Source: Somniosus microcephalus
Lineage: Eukaryota
NCBI GenBank assembly: GCA_052327205.1
Contig: CM126207.1
Span: forward strand, 248,930,001-248,994,000
DNA: 64,000 nt
Direction: 5' to 3'
Each line of letters opens with the position of its first letter. The stretch's first letter is position 1. This document shows positions 12,976-24,773 of this stretch, one piece after another. The notes under the pieces are model-generated. The model saw only the letters and a list, made by a program, of their open reading frames with translations. It was not told the DNA's origin and did no database searches. Made by a program: the position numbers and the translations under genes.

Positions 12976-15854
12976 AATAAGACAATATCAACTGGGTTAA
13001 TATTAAGGCAACTTTTATATAGTCTTGCATGGAAAAGACAGCTTCTGGAGTGAAGAAAATACCCTTCCCCAAATGCCATTAGTGTCATTCTGCATCAAAT
13101 GGGCCTAAATCACTGGGTGTTCATTTGATCCAAACTGTCAGAATCCAAATTACTATTGGCTTCTCAATAAGAATCTACAATGTACAAAGTGTTTACTGGT
13201 GCTGCACTGGTTTTTTGTCTACTCAATAGAACATTATTGACATCACAATAATGTCGTAATCCAACACAACTAATGCTAACTCCTTTTTCTTCTGGAGCAC
13301 TTACATCTCTTACTGAGTAGGCCATTTTTTCCATGACAATTTACTGTTAAAAGACTGAAGGTTATTTCCCCTCTCCCACGGTCAACTGGCAGCTTTAATT
13401 GTTAATTTATCTTCATTTTTATTGGTTAAAAATCAATAATGTAAAATATAGCCCAAGAATTCAGCACTTTTAATATCTTAATTAAACATGCTCATACAGA
13501 TTGATAATTTGCAATGGACTAAAAAAAAGATGAAGAGAATTGCATCCTTTACATGTTATCAAGTGAGCAGAACTCAGTGACTGACACATGAGCACCGTAA
13601 TTGTAACAAAAAGATCTAGCTGTGTTTGAAAAAATGTCGACAGTTCAGTCCTTGCACAATTTTGTTAAAAGGTTAGATAGTGTTGCAAGAGAGGAGAACT
13701 CTGCTTCCCAAACCAAATCTGGCCAGAGTATGACTAGTGCAGGCGGGCTGGGAAACAGGGCACATTCTGCAAAAGGCAGTCATTCCTTTTACTCTAAGGA
13801 GCACCAAAGAAAAAGGGAAAAATAACTGTGGGATTAACACTTTGATCTTATTTAAGGAGCCTCATGTTCACTTTCTACTGAATGTGGAGAAGGCTTTACA
13901 TTTATTCTTCAAATACTGTGATAAATTAACAAGACCAAAGAGCGCGATGCATTGGTTTGACTTTACAAACTCTTTGTGGTTGTGCAAAAAGGTCATCTTG
14001 GTCAGAGTTTTGCATACTAGATGCATGTATTTGTTTTCACATTATTCCAAGGCCTGCTCTCATTCACACCCTGTATAAAGCCAGCACAGGGCCTTCTCTG
14101 TGCTCCCTGACAGATACTAATGGTTGCTGGCCTCGGAGCCTGTAAGCAAACTGCCTGCTCTGCATTCCTGACATTAATGAAGACTTTTACTGAGGCCTGT
14201 ACCTCTGCTATGTAAACAAAATGGCCCAAAACTCCTCCTGTAATGTTACTTCAACACAATACTGTCAAGACGTAAACATCTTTCGTAATGGTCATATAAC
14301 AGCGGCACACTTCACATACTAAAGTACAGGAGACTAATAAAGCATATGTCCATCAAAACCACCCCACAATCCAAGTACATAAAGCAGGCTTTCAGGGCCA
14401 TTTCAACATGGGCTTCTTTAGCAATATTCTTTTAATATATTTTAAAAACTAGACTACTGCTCATCAATGCACAACCTGAAAATGGATATGCAATTTCAAA
14501 CCTGTTGCTACGTAATAATTAGTTTGGAAATTTCAATAAGGCCCCTTGCTTTAATGTGACAAATGTACAATCATTTTCTTCAGCAAATCGTTCTTTTAAG
14601 ATAACAACATACAAGCAGAAGATACTGCTTCATCCCCATATTTGCTGCACTGTAAATAGAGTATCTTTCCTTTTTGGGTGGTGATAGGGGTATAAATACA
14701 TGAAAGGACATGTATTACAAGCAGTAGAATTATCCTGTTCATTGATTTTAGCTCTGGGGTATTACAGAGAGCACTTGATTTATCTAGAGATTTTTCCAAA
14801 GCTTACTCCCGACTTTTAAACCTAAACGAGACTTTAAAGGCTTATCCACAAAAGAATCTAGTAAATACAGCAACATTTGAACCTTTAGTGTGAGCATTTA
14901 AAGATACCATCTTTTTTTTGTGATCTAACGGCACATTAACATTACTGCTCCCAGTTTCACTGGACAGAACCACTGTACACATATATACACACACTAAAAT
15001 CGAACTTACCCCATTCCCCCATTTCATTCATTCCACAAGGGCCCGCAGTTTGCCAACAGAAAGATATTATTTGCTAAATGGGCACAAGTGTGCCAATGCC
15101 ACTTTCATGCAGAATAAAAACTCATCAGTGTTGTAGATCAAATCTGTCCCTTCACTACTGCAATCTTATCTCTGCAAAGCAGTAACAGATAGTAACCTTC
15201 GAACTCATTATAAACTGGAAGGACCACCAGTATTTACTGGTAATATTTTTGACCTGAATTTCACTCTAATATTATCAAACATCCACTACAGAAAATTATA
15301 GTAAACACATAAATAGTTTCTCTCCTCGACCTCCTCACTTTCATTCCCAAGATCCTGTTGATATCTAAAATGACATTGCAGTAAATCAAACACGGGTACT
15401 GAGAGCACATTATCCACATACAGAATTGGAGTGGTAATGGTTGGTACTCAGGCAGATCTTCAGATTGATGTGGTTATTATTACTGTTGTCCTGTTCAGTA
15501 TTGTTGGTTGTGTGTACATACAAAAAGTTTTAAAAGATAGATATTTATTTGAAAAAAACATAGTTTTGCCATATGTTTCAAAGTACCCAGTCACAACATT
15601 CTGATGTTTATGCCATGCATTCTGCATTGCTTCCAGATAAATACAGTTTTCATATCCTGGTTATCATTCAGCTACTAGCGACCCAACTTACCCTTCTTGA
15701 CCCCATGCCTACCATCACAGCCAACCTCTCCCTATCATTTGGTAGTGTCTCCACCCTTTGAGACCATCATCATCATCTTTCTTCCCCCACCACAAACTCT
15801 GTACCCTCGCCTCCAATTCCATCTTCCACCCCGTCCCACACTCTCAGGTGGAAG

Positions 15855-16545
15855 CCGACTGTTTGCAATATTGGCATCCTATTTGACCTGAGCTGAGCTT
15901 CCGTCCCTTGTATGCGCTCCATCACAAAGACTGTCTAATTCCACCTCCGTGACATCGCCCATCTCCATCCCTGCAGAAACTCTCATCCATGCCTTTGTCC
16001 CCTCCAGACTCGACTATTCGAATGCTCTCCTGGGTGGTCTCCCTTCCTCCACGAATTTCAGCTCAACTAAAACTCTACTACCGATAGCCTACCCGCACCA
16101 AATCCAACTCACCTATCATCCCTGTGTTCGCTGACCTACATTGGTTTCCAGTCTCCGATTACCTCCAATTTAAAATGCTCATCTTTGTGTTCAAATCGTT
16201 TCATGGCCTCGACTCTCCTCGTCTCTAAACCCCTTCAACCCAACAAATCTGAGAGAACATTGCTTTCCTCCAACTCTAGCCTCTTGTGAATTCCCCATTT
16301 CCTTAACCGCACAACTGGCAGCCATGCTTTCAGCCGCCTAGGCCCTAAGCTCTGGAATTCCCTCCCTGAACCTCTCCTCCTCTCTAAGACCGTCCTTAAA
16401 ACCACCTCTGACCAAACTTCTAGTCACCACTCCTAATATCTTCTTCTTTGGTTCAGAGTCAATTTTTGTCCGATTACCCTTCCGTGAAGCGCATTGGGAT
16501 GCTTTCCTACTAAATATATATAAATGTGCGTTATTTAGAAAAAGA
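15855..16545 (+). mobile_element. Degenerate L2-clade LINE 3' fragment
   Basis: Translation ETLIHAFVPSRLDYSNALL, then ctctggaattccctccc...ccttaaaacc and an L2-type tail. Confidence 0.85.
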
Positions 16546-17464
16546 AATGCCATGAGTATTTATTCTACAAGCCTTTATATTAGCAATGCAATTTTGATCC
16601 TAGTGGTTAGTTTCAAATATTTCCACATTGCCGTGCCAATTCTCGGTCAATCCAGCCACAAAGCAGATTTGAGTGTGAAGGGAAATGTTCCCCCCTTTCA
16701 CCACTAACCCCTCTGACTTGCTCGAGGTTGCTGGACACACAATAGGGAAGGCTGCATATAACTGGCTATTATTACTGAGATCTGAATTTGGGTTTCCGCA
16801 AGTGGAGCCCAGACCTTCGAACATGTAGCTCCTTGGGCTGCCCCTCCAATTCTATATTGTTAATGCATACAATGCCCCACTGCTCAAATGTCTCCAAGAT
16901 AAATGGCCTCAATATTAACCCCGCCTCCCCCCCCCCACATTGGATGGGAGGGGGTCGGGTGGGGTTTACAGCATTAAATATGGGGAACACGTCCCCAACA
17001 CATGCATAAAGCTGTACTTTTATTTATCCACCCGAGTACTGGTCAGTAAATGCCTGCCTAATTTTGTCTTTTATTATCAATCAACACAATAATCAGGAAA
17101 TCTCACATCCTTGCTTTCTGTGCATTGACTGCCTGGCTCCTCTCATCTTGCCATATCAGAAACACAAGCGAGTTAAATAATCTTGTTAACTGTACACCAC
17201 GCACAAATTTTGTTTTAAAGACCTCGTCAACATATCTATCTTAAAGAGGTGACACTTTACAGGATCAGATTTTCAATATTACTATTTCTCAAGGAAAGCT
17301 TACTCTTCTTCCCAGCATTTGAAAAAGGTCACTTCAACAGGTGACAATATTGTTATGTAAAACAGGTCATTCAAAATAAAAAGTTCTTGAAAATTATACC
17401 TTGCGTTGGGCATTAGTAACACAACAACAACCAACATGCTTATGCATTTGTTAAAACTACTACC

Positions 17465-17631
17465 TCGCTACCTCTCTTTCCTCCTTTAAGATGCTCCTTA
17501 AAACCTACCTCGACCAAGCTTTTGGTCACTTGCCCTAATTTCTCCTTATGTGGCTTGGTGTCAAATGTTTTTTGTTGTCTTTTAATATTCCTGTTAAAGG
17601 TGCTATATAAATACAAGTTGTTGTTGTTGTT
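17465..17631 (+). mobile_element. L2 3' end fragment
   Basis: cctcctttaagatgctccttaaaacctacctc...gctatataaatacaag followed by a (TTG)n tail. Confidence 0.8.
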
Positions 17632-18870
17632 GCAGCAGAGTATCTGGAATAGACTAAAAGCAAATGATCCATCTTCCTGTGCAACACTGTCCCAGTTCTG
17701 TGCAGAGACCTTGTTCTTCGAGCTGCTTTTCAAATTCCTCCTAGTGACAGAAGAATAAGTAGATTCTGAAGATTTCTTAGATTTACAAGATTTCTTTGCA
17801 CCCACACAGAAGGGCCAGCGGTGATTTAAAAGGCCCATGGGCATTGCCTTGAAAAGTGGAAGGTCAGCTGCTGATTTAAAGGCCCGGTGTTGCCATAATT
17901 TTAACAGGAAAGTGTCTGAAGGCCCAGTGTTGTTGGAAGTTTGACTTAGGAAGGCCTGATGGAAAAAGAGTTTCAATCAAAAAATTGAGATTTTTTTTTA
18001 AGAGGGAACCATACTTTAATTTCAGCAGATACTTCAATAACCAAGTGAGAGGTGGGGTTCAGAGGATGCCACAATCTGAGATTCAGATTTAATCATCTAT
18101 AATCACCTGTACCAATGAGATCCTGATGATTAATGCATCCTTAGCTACCTGGAATTTTATACAATATTTCTTAGTTTTGCATTGTTCAGGTTAAATTTCA
18201 AAACACTCCATTCTAAAATGTAAACCGAGGGCCTTTTGTAAGTCCCACGACTTACAGAAGGATACTACCATCTTTTGTAACAATATAACTAGAGATTAAT
18301 CTCACGTGAGCCACAGAAGGCTTTCACAAGGTTAACATTTTACAACAGATTATTCCTGACATAATATATGCTACTGAAAGGTAAGGAAGGTACCATTAAC
18401 AGGCAAGTAACGGGATGAATGAAGTGTCAAATCAATGAATATTAAAACAGGTTAAAAAAAACCCAGAGTATTTACTTTCACAAAATTCAGCCCTGGCCAA
18501 ATTGCAACATTTATTAAGCAAAATGCTGCTAAAAAATGTGGTCTGTGAAGTTTTCATCCTCTTTGCATCTTAGGCCGCACATGCTTTACTCCAATTGAAG
18601 AGACAGGTGGGTGACCATGAACATCTGTGTGGACTGGAATACTGAAGCTTAGGTGGAATGTTTGCTAATTCTCCCCTCTGGTGAAGTGTCTCAATTCTGT
18701 CTGGTCCTATTTTGAGTAGGCTGGAATTGACCTGGAGCAGGCAAGCCTGATCCAAATGACTGTGTTTCTTATTGGACTCCAATGACCTAACTGAATTCAG
18801 TAGGTTGCCGTCTAATTAAGGTATAGGTAGGAGCAATGAGCCCAGCACAGGAACCTGGGCCTGACCCTCT

Positions 18871-19712
18871 GGGCCAGATTTTCAGTGTGCCGTGAGGCGG
18901 GCTTTTAGGTGTGCGGGGGGCAAAAATCCCGAATTCGAGGCGCCCCGACACCATCCCGCACAAAACCCGCCTCCACGTAAGTTTCAGAGGAGGCGGGTAC
19001 CCGCCCCGCACTGGGACCCGCCGACCCGAGGCGGGAAGGGATTAGTGCCAATTAACTGCCTGTTAACAGGTAGCTAACAGGCAGTTTTTAGCCTAATCCC
19101 TATTTTGAGGGGTGTCGTGTGGGATTCCTGACGGCTCCAAACCATGCCAGGTTAGAGCAGGCGGGTCGTCGGTTTGAAGGACTTGGAGGGGTCGCGATGT
19201 CGGTGTTCAGGTGAGTGATGGGTGCATGAGTGCAAAGGTAAGTGTGTTTGGTGTGTCTGAAGTGTGTAAAGAAGTTTAAATTACCTGTACTTACCTTAAC
19301 AGCCTTTCTTCCTCTAAGCGTCGGGAGTCCATCATTCAGCCGGCACTGAAAGCCGAATGGCTGCAATCTGTCAAAAGTGACAGCCTTCAGCTTTGAGTGC
19401 CGGTGTGAGTTCTAACTGAGTCTGCGTAGAAGGACTCAGGTTAGAAGTCAGACTGTCAGTGTTTGACAGCTTCAAGCAGCTGTGAAACACTGATATTTCA
19501 TCTGTCAAAAACTCTTGACAGAAGAAATTTCAGTCTGTGACGTCACCTGTTGCCGGGTGGCCCTTAATTGGCCTGCTGAGCCCGCTAAGCGGGCTCAACA
19601 AGGTCAATCAAGGGAAAATCGAGTGGATTGGCCAGATGTCGATGGAGGCGGGACTGAAACCCGAAAGTTGTCGTCCCGCCTCCTTCCCGACTGCTGAATG
19701 AAAATCCAGCCC
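18871..19712. mobile_element. Non-autonomous PIF/Harbinger-type element (842 bp) with TIRs and a 3-bp TSD
   Basis: TIRs gggccagattttca / tgaaaatccagccc (12 of 14 match), flanked by TCT on both sides (18868-18870, 19713-19715). It is CpG-rich and has no transposase ORF. Confidence 0.85.
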
Positions 19713-20460
19713 TCTGTCTTGTCACCACTTCCATCTCATGGGTCATTAGTGGAGATGGTTGGGCATTTCAATTAAGCATTTTTATTCCTTTTCATTTTGA
19801 AAGTATGATTTCAGCACCAGAATCTTAAAAATACAACAGGAATTACAAGATTCAGATTAACAGCCTCTCTAAGATACACACTCAGCTCTAGATGATTACC
19901 ATTACTCGCAACTGCTAAGTCAGTGCCATGCACTGAAGGCCTTGTTCGTTTGTTGTGACAGGAATAGTGCCTTCCATTTCTTTCAATCTAATTTACCTCC
20001 ACTCAGCTATTTACACACTGTGGGTGTGCAGATAAGCTTTATGATGATACCTGATTAAAATCACACCTATTGCAGGTAATCAATACGCAATATTCTGATC
20101 ATGTGCCAAAAGCTCCACTATTTATTGATGGGCACTTATCAATTTATCAGAAACCTGGAAGTTGTAAATGAACAAGTCTGGTCTGAAAAGAAAAAGTTAA
20201 ACTTTAGACCAGATCAATACCAGTCACGTCATAAATCACATTGAGTGCCAGTCATCCAGCTACAGTAAAGTAACCCCTATCAACGAGTTAGGAACAGCAG
20301 AGATATGATTAGCCACAGTTTGCTGCTTCTTATACAGCTACCTCCTAGACTAACGAGTGAATGCCACATACAATTATTTAGCATAGTCTAGCATACTTGG
20401 GTTTTCTTCCCCATACCCCGCCAACAATTCTAGTCCAAGAATGATAACGGTAAATGGAAG

Positions 20461-20920
20461 CATAGAAGATAGGAGCAAGAGTAGGCCATTCGGCCCCTCG
20501 AGCCTGCTCCGCCATTCAATGAGATCATGGCTGATCATCCAAATTCAGTACCCTGTCCCTGCCTTCTCTCCATATCCCTTGATCCCTTTAGCCATAAGAA
20601 ATAAAGCTAACTACTTCTTGAATATATTTAATGAATTGGCCTCTACTGCCTTCTGAGGTAGAGAATTCCACAGGTTCACCACTCTCTGGGCAAAGAAATT
20701 CCTCCTCATCTCTGTCCTAAATGGCTTACCCCTTATCCTTAGACTGTGACCCCTGGTTCTGGACTCCCCGGCCATCGAGAACATCCTTCCAGCATCTAGT
20801 CTGTCTAGTCCTGTTAGAATTTTATAAGTTTCAATGAGATCCCCTCTCATTCTTCTAAACTCCAGCGAGTATATGCCCAATCGACCCAATCTCTCCTCAT
20901 ACGTCATTCCTGCCATCACC
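20461..20920 (-). mobile_element. CR1-clade LINE 3' fragment
   Basis: Translation YEERLGRLGIYSLEFRRMRGDLIETYKI...VVNLWNSLP, plus a 3' UTR homologous to 21688-21790 and 39084-39451. Confidence 0.93.
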
Positions 20921-21144
20921 TGTAACATGCACAAAATAATCAGCATTTATGTCCAAAAACAACCTGCAACCGTGGCTGCTTGTGAAATGCTGCCGATGTG
21001 GTGCTACTATTTACCCAGAAGGTCTGATTTGTGCCACAGAATCCACACAAGACACTAAATAACTTGAAGTACAACTTGTAGAAATGCTTTTGACACAAAC
21101 AGGAAGCAAACAGAAGGATGCCATTTCAGTTATAACCCTGTGTA

Positions 21145-21325
21145 AACCTCTTTGCCTCTCCACCGCTCTTCGCCTTTAAGACCCTCCTTAAAACCTACTA
21201 ACTTGACCAAGCTTTTAATCACCCGTCGTAATCATTTCTTCTTTGGATCAGTGTTAAGTTTTGTCTGATCACAGTCTCGTGAAGTGCCTTGGGACATTTT
21301 CCTACATTAAAGATACTATATGTTG
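21145..21325 (+). mobile_element. L2 3' end fragment
   Basis: cctttaagaccctccttaaaaccta...gtgaagtgccttgggacattttcctacattaaag. Confidence 0.75.
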
Positions 21326-21403
21326 TATTACAGTGCACCTCACCCACCCCCTATTCAGCAATGCAATGCAGCTTATCTGCTCCTCCGTTATCCTGTGGTG
21401 CAA

Positions 21404-21686
21404 TGCAGGCTATCCATTCCCATGATACTGTGGAATACAGTGCAGGCTATCCATTCCCATGATACTGTGGAATACAGTGCAGGCTATCCATTCCCATGAT
21501 ACTGTGGAATACAGTGCAGGCTATCCATTCCCATGATACTGTGGAATACAGTGCAGGCTATCCATTCCCATGATACTGTGGAATACAGTGCAGGCTATCC
21601 ATTCCCATGATACTGTGGAATACAGTGCAGGCTATCCATTCCCATGATACTGTAGAATACAGTGCAGGCTATCCATTCCCATGATA
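21404..21686. repeat. 37-bp minisatellite, left array (about 7.6 copies)
   Basis: Unit tgcaggctatccattcccatgatactgtggaatacag starts at 21404, 21441 and so on to 21663. I saw only one variant base. Confidence 0.98.
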
Positions 21687-21789
21687 GCATAAGAACATAA
21701 GAACATAAGAAGTAGGAGCAGGAGTAGGCCATACGGCCCCTCGGGCCTGCTAGCCATTCAATAGGATCATGGCTGATCCAAATCTAGAC

Positions 21790-23316
21790 TCACGTCCACT
21801 TCCCTGCCCTCTCCCCGTAACCCCTAATTCCCTTATCTGCTAGGAAACTGTCTATCTCCATTTTAAATTTATTTAATGTTGCAGCTTCCGCAGCTCTCTG
21901 GGGTAGCAAATTCCGTAGATTTACTACCCTCTGAGTGAAGAAGTTTCTCCTCATCTCAGTTTTGAAAGGGCAGCCCCTTATTCTTAGATTATGCCCCCTA
22001 GTTCTAGTCTCACCCATCAGTGGAAACATCCTCACCGCATCCACCCGATCAAGCCCCCTCACAATCTTATATGTTTCGATAAGATCGCCTCTCATTCTTC
22101 TGAACTCCAATGAGTAGAGTCCCAACCTACTCAACCTTTCCTCATACGTCAACCCCCTCATCTCCGGAATCAACCGAGTGAACCTTCTCTGAACCGCCTC
22201 GAGAGCAAGTATATCTTTTCTTAAATATGGAAACCAAAACTGCATGCAGTATTCCAGGTGTGGCCTCACCAATACCCTGTATAACTGCAGCAAGACTTCC
22301 CTGTTTGTATACTCCATCCCCCTTGCAATAAAAGCCAAGATTCCATTGGCCTTCCTGATCACCTGCTGCACCTGCATACTAACTTTTTGTGTTTCATGCA
22401 CCAGGACCCCCAGATCCCTTTGTACTGTAGCACTTTGCAGTTTCTCTCCATTTAGATAATAACTTGCTCTTTGATTTTTTCTGCCAAAGTGCATAACCTC
22501 ACACTTTCCAACATTATATTGCATCTGCCAAATCTCTGCCCACTCACTCAGCCTGTCTATGTCCTTTTGCAGGATTTTTATGTCCTCCTCACTCACTGCT
22601 TTCCCTCCCATCTTTGTATCGTCGGCAAACTTGGATATGTTGCACTCAGTCCCTTCCTCCAAATCGTTAATATAGATTGTAAAGAGTTGGGGTCCCAGCA
22701 CTGACCCCTGCGGAACACCACTAGTTACTGATTGCCAGCCCGAGAATGAACCATTTATTCCAACTCTTTGTTTTCTGTTAGATAGCCAATCTTCCACCCA
22801 TGCCAGTATATTACCCCCAATCCCGTGATTTCTTATCTTGATCAGTAATCTTTTGTGTGGAACCTTGTCAAATGCCTTTTGGAAGTCCAAATACACTACA
22901 TCCACTGGTTCCCCTTTATCCACCCTGTATGTTACATCCTCAAAGAATTCAAGCAAATTTGTCAAACATGACTTCCCCTTCATAAAACCATGCTGACTCT
23001 GTCCTATTAAATTATGTTTATCCAAATGCTCTGTTACTGTTTCCTTAATAATGGACTCCAACATTTTGCCAACCACAGATGTTAGGTTAACTGGTCTATA
23101 GTTTCCAGCTTTTTGTCTACTTCCCTTCTTAAATAAGGGTGTTACATTAGCAGTTTTCCAATCTGCCGGGACCTTTCCTGAGTCCAGGGAGTTCTGGAAA
23201 ATAATCACCAATGCATCCACAATCCCTACCGCCACTTCTCTCAAGACCCTAGGATGTAGGCCATCAGGTCCGGGGGATTTATCCGCCTTAAGTCCCATTA
23301 TTTTACTGAGTACCAT
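21790..23316 (-). CDS. CR1 ORF2, reverse transcriptase half (508 aa)
   Basis: Motifs KSPGPDG, NYRPVNLTS, QHGF, YLDFQKAFDKVPH, GVPQGSVLGP, FADD, RPHLEYC and RGDLIETYK. Confidence 0.95.
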   Translation of the reverse strand: MVLSKIMGLKADKSPGPDGLHPRVLREVAVGIVDALVIIFQNSLDSGKVPADWKTANVTPLFKKGSRQKAGNYRPVNLTSVVGKMLESIIKETVTEHLDKHNLIGQSQHGFMKGKSCLTNLLEFFEDVTYRVDKGEPVDVVYLDFQKAFDKVPHKRLLIKIRNHGIGGNILAWVEDWLSNRKQRVGINGSFSGWQSVTSGVPQGSVLGPQLFTIYINDLEEGTECNISKFADDTKMGGKAVSEEDIKILQKDIDRLSEWAEIWQMQYNVGKCEVMHFGRKNQRASYYLNGEKLQSATVQRDLGVLVHETQKVSMQVQQVIRKANGILAFIARGMEYTNREVLLQLYRVLVRPHLEYCMQFWFPYLRKDILALEAVQRRFTRLIPEMRGLTYEERLSRLGLYSLEFRRMRGDLIETYKIVRGLDRVDAVRMFPLMGETRTRGHNLRIRGCPFKTEMRRNFFTQRVVNLRNLLPQRAAEAATLNKFKMEIDSFLADKGIRGYGERAGKWT

Positions 23317-23391
23317 CTCCTTAGTGATTTTAATTGTGTTTAGCTCCTCCCCCCCCCCATTGCCCCCTGTTTGTCCAGTGTTGGGATATTT

Positions 23392-24603
23392 TTAGTGTCC
23401 TCTACTGTAAAGACTGATACAAAAATATTTGTTCAGCGTCTTTGCCATCTCCATGTTCCCCACCACTAGTTTCCCGGTCCCATCCTCTAAGGGACCAACG
23501 TTCACTTTAGCCACCCTTTTTCTTTTTATATAACTGTAGAAACTCTTGCTATCTGTTTTTATATTTTTTGCTAGTTTACTTTCATAATCTATCTTCCCTT
23601 TCTTAATTAATCTTTTAGTTATTGTTTGCTGGCTTTTAAATGCTTCCCAATCTTCTATCCTCCCACTCGATTTGGCTACTTTATATGCCCTTGTTTTCAG
23701 TCGGATACTATCCTTTATTACTTTACTAAGCCACGGATGGCTGTCTTTTCTTTTATTCCCCTTTTTCCTCAGTGCAATATATTTATCTTGAAAGATGTGA
23801 AATATCTCCTTGAATGTAGACCACTGCTCTTGTACCGTCTTACGCTTTAATCTGTTTTCCCAGTCCACTTTAGTCAATTCTACTCTCATACCTTCATAGT
23901 CTCCTTTATTTAAGCTCAGTACGCTGGTTTGAGATCCAACTCTCTCATCCTCAAACTGAATTTGGAATTCAACCATATTATGGTCACTCATTCCAAGGGG
24001 ATCCTTTACTAGGACATTTTTTATTAATCCTGTCTCATTACACAGGACCAGATCTAAGATTGCCTGCCCCCTGGTTGGTTCAATTACATACTGCTCAAGG
24101 AACCCGTCCCTAATACACTCTATGAACTCTTCCTCAAGGCTGCCATGCCCAATTTGATTAGTCCAGTCAATATGAAAGTTAAAATCCCCCATGATTATAG
24201 CTGTTCCCTTATTACAAGCCCCAACTATTTCCTGATTTATACTCCGACCAACAGAGTTGCAACTGTTAGGAGGCCTATAGACTATGCCCACTAGTGACTT
24301 TTTCCCTTTATTATTCCTTATCTCCACCCAAACTATTTCATTATCCTGATCCTTTGACCCAATATCATTTCTGACTATTGCAGTGATTCCATCCTTGATT
24401 AACATAGCAACCCCACCTCCCATTCCTTCCTGTCTGTCCTTCCTAATTGTCAAATACCCTTGTATGTTTAGTTCCCAGTCATGATTATCTTGCAGCCATG
24501 TTTCCGTAATGGCCACCAGATCATACCCATGTGTTATTATTTGTACCGTCAACTCGTCAATTTTGTTACGAATGCTGCGTGCATTCAGATAAAGAACTTT
24601 CAA
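23392..24603 (-). CDS. CR1 ORF2, apurinic-like endonuclease half (403 aa)
   Basis: Motifs YLNARSI, AITETWL, GGGVA, YRPP, MGDFN, LDLVL and SDHN. It goes out of frame at the A-run 23421-23425. Confidence 0.95.
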   Translation of the reverse strand: MKVLYLNARSIRNKIDELTVQIITHGYDLVAITETWLQDNHDWELNIQGYLTIRKDRQEGMGGGVAMLIKDGITAIVRNDIGSKDQDNEIVWVEIRNNKGKKSLVGIVYRPPNSCNSVGRSINQEIVGACNKGTAIIMGDFNFHIDWTNQIGHGSLEEEFIECIRDGFLEQYVIEPTRGQAILDLVLCNETGLIKNVLVKDPLGMSDHNMVEFQIQFEDERVGSQTSVLSLNKGDYEGMRVELTKVDWENRLKRKTVQEQWSTFKEIFHIFQDKYIALRKKGNKRKDSHPWLSKVIKDSIRLKTRAYKVAKSSGRIEDWEAFKSQQTITKRLIKKGKIDYESKLAKNIKTDSKSFYSYIKRKRVAKVNVGPLEDGTGKLVVGNMEMAKTLNKYFCISLYSRGH

Positions 24604-24773
24604 ATATGTTTTCTGACAATTTATTCCTGCTTTTACCCTTTACTACTTTACCTTTATCATTATACATTCTGTCCCTTCCTGACACGCTCTGGTTTTTAAT
24701 TCCCCCACTGCTACCTTGCTCTATTGCCTTCTCCGCTGTCATTTTTATTTTTCGGTCTCTTAAAACCTCCCCC

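Larger units (their letters stand above)
21688..24773 (-). mobile_element. Young CR1-clade LINE, 5'-truncated just upstream of ORF2 (about 3.1 kb)
   Basis: APE endonuclease and RT ORFs, a 3' UTR, and a (TTCTTATG)3 tail at 21688-21711. Confidence 0.96.

Noticed and set aside
16690-16990. GC-rich patch possibly from another Harbinger-like element
   Set aside because: I could not define TIRs or a TSD, so it is too degraded to call.
17440-17976. 178-aa minus-strand ORF
   Set aside because: It is a chance frame running through an L2 tail (the NNNNN run comes from (CAA)n), with no domain or splice support.
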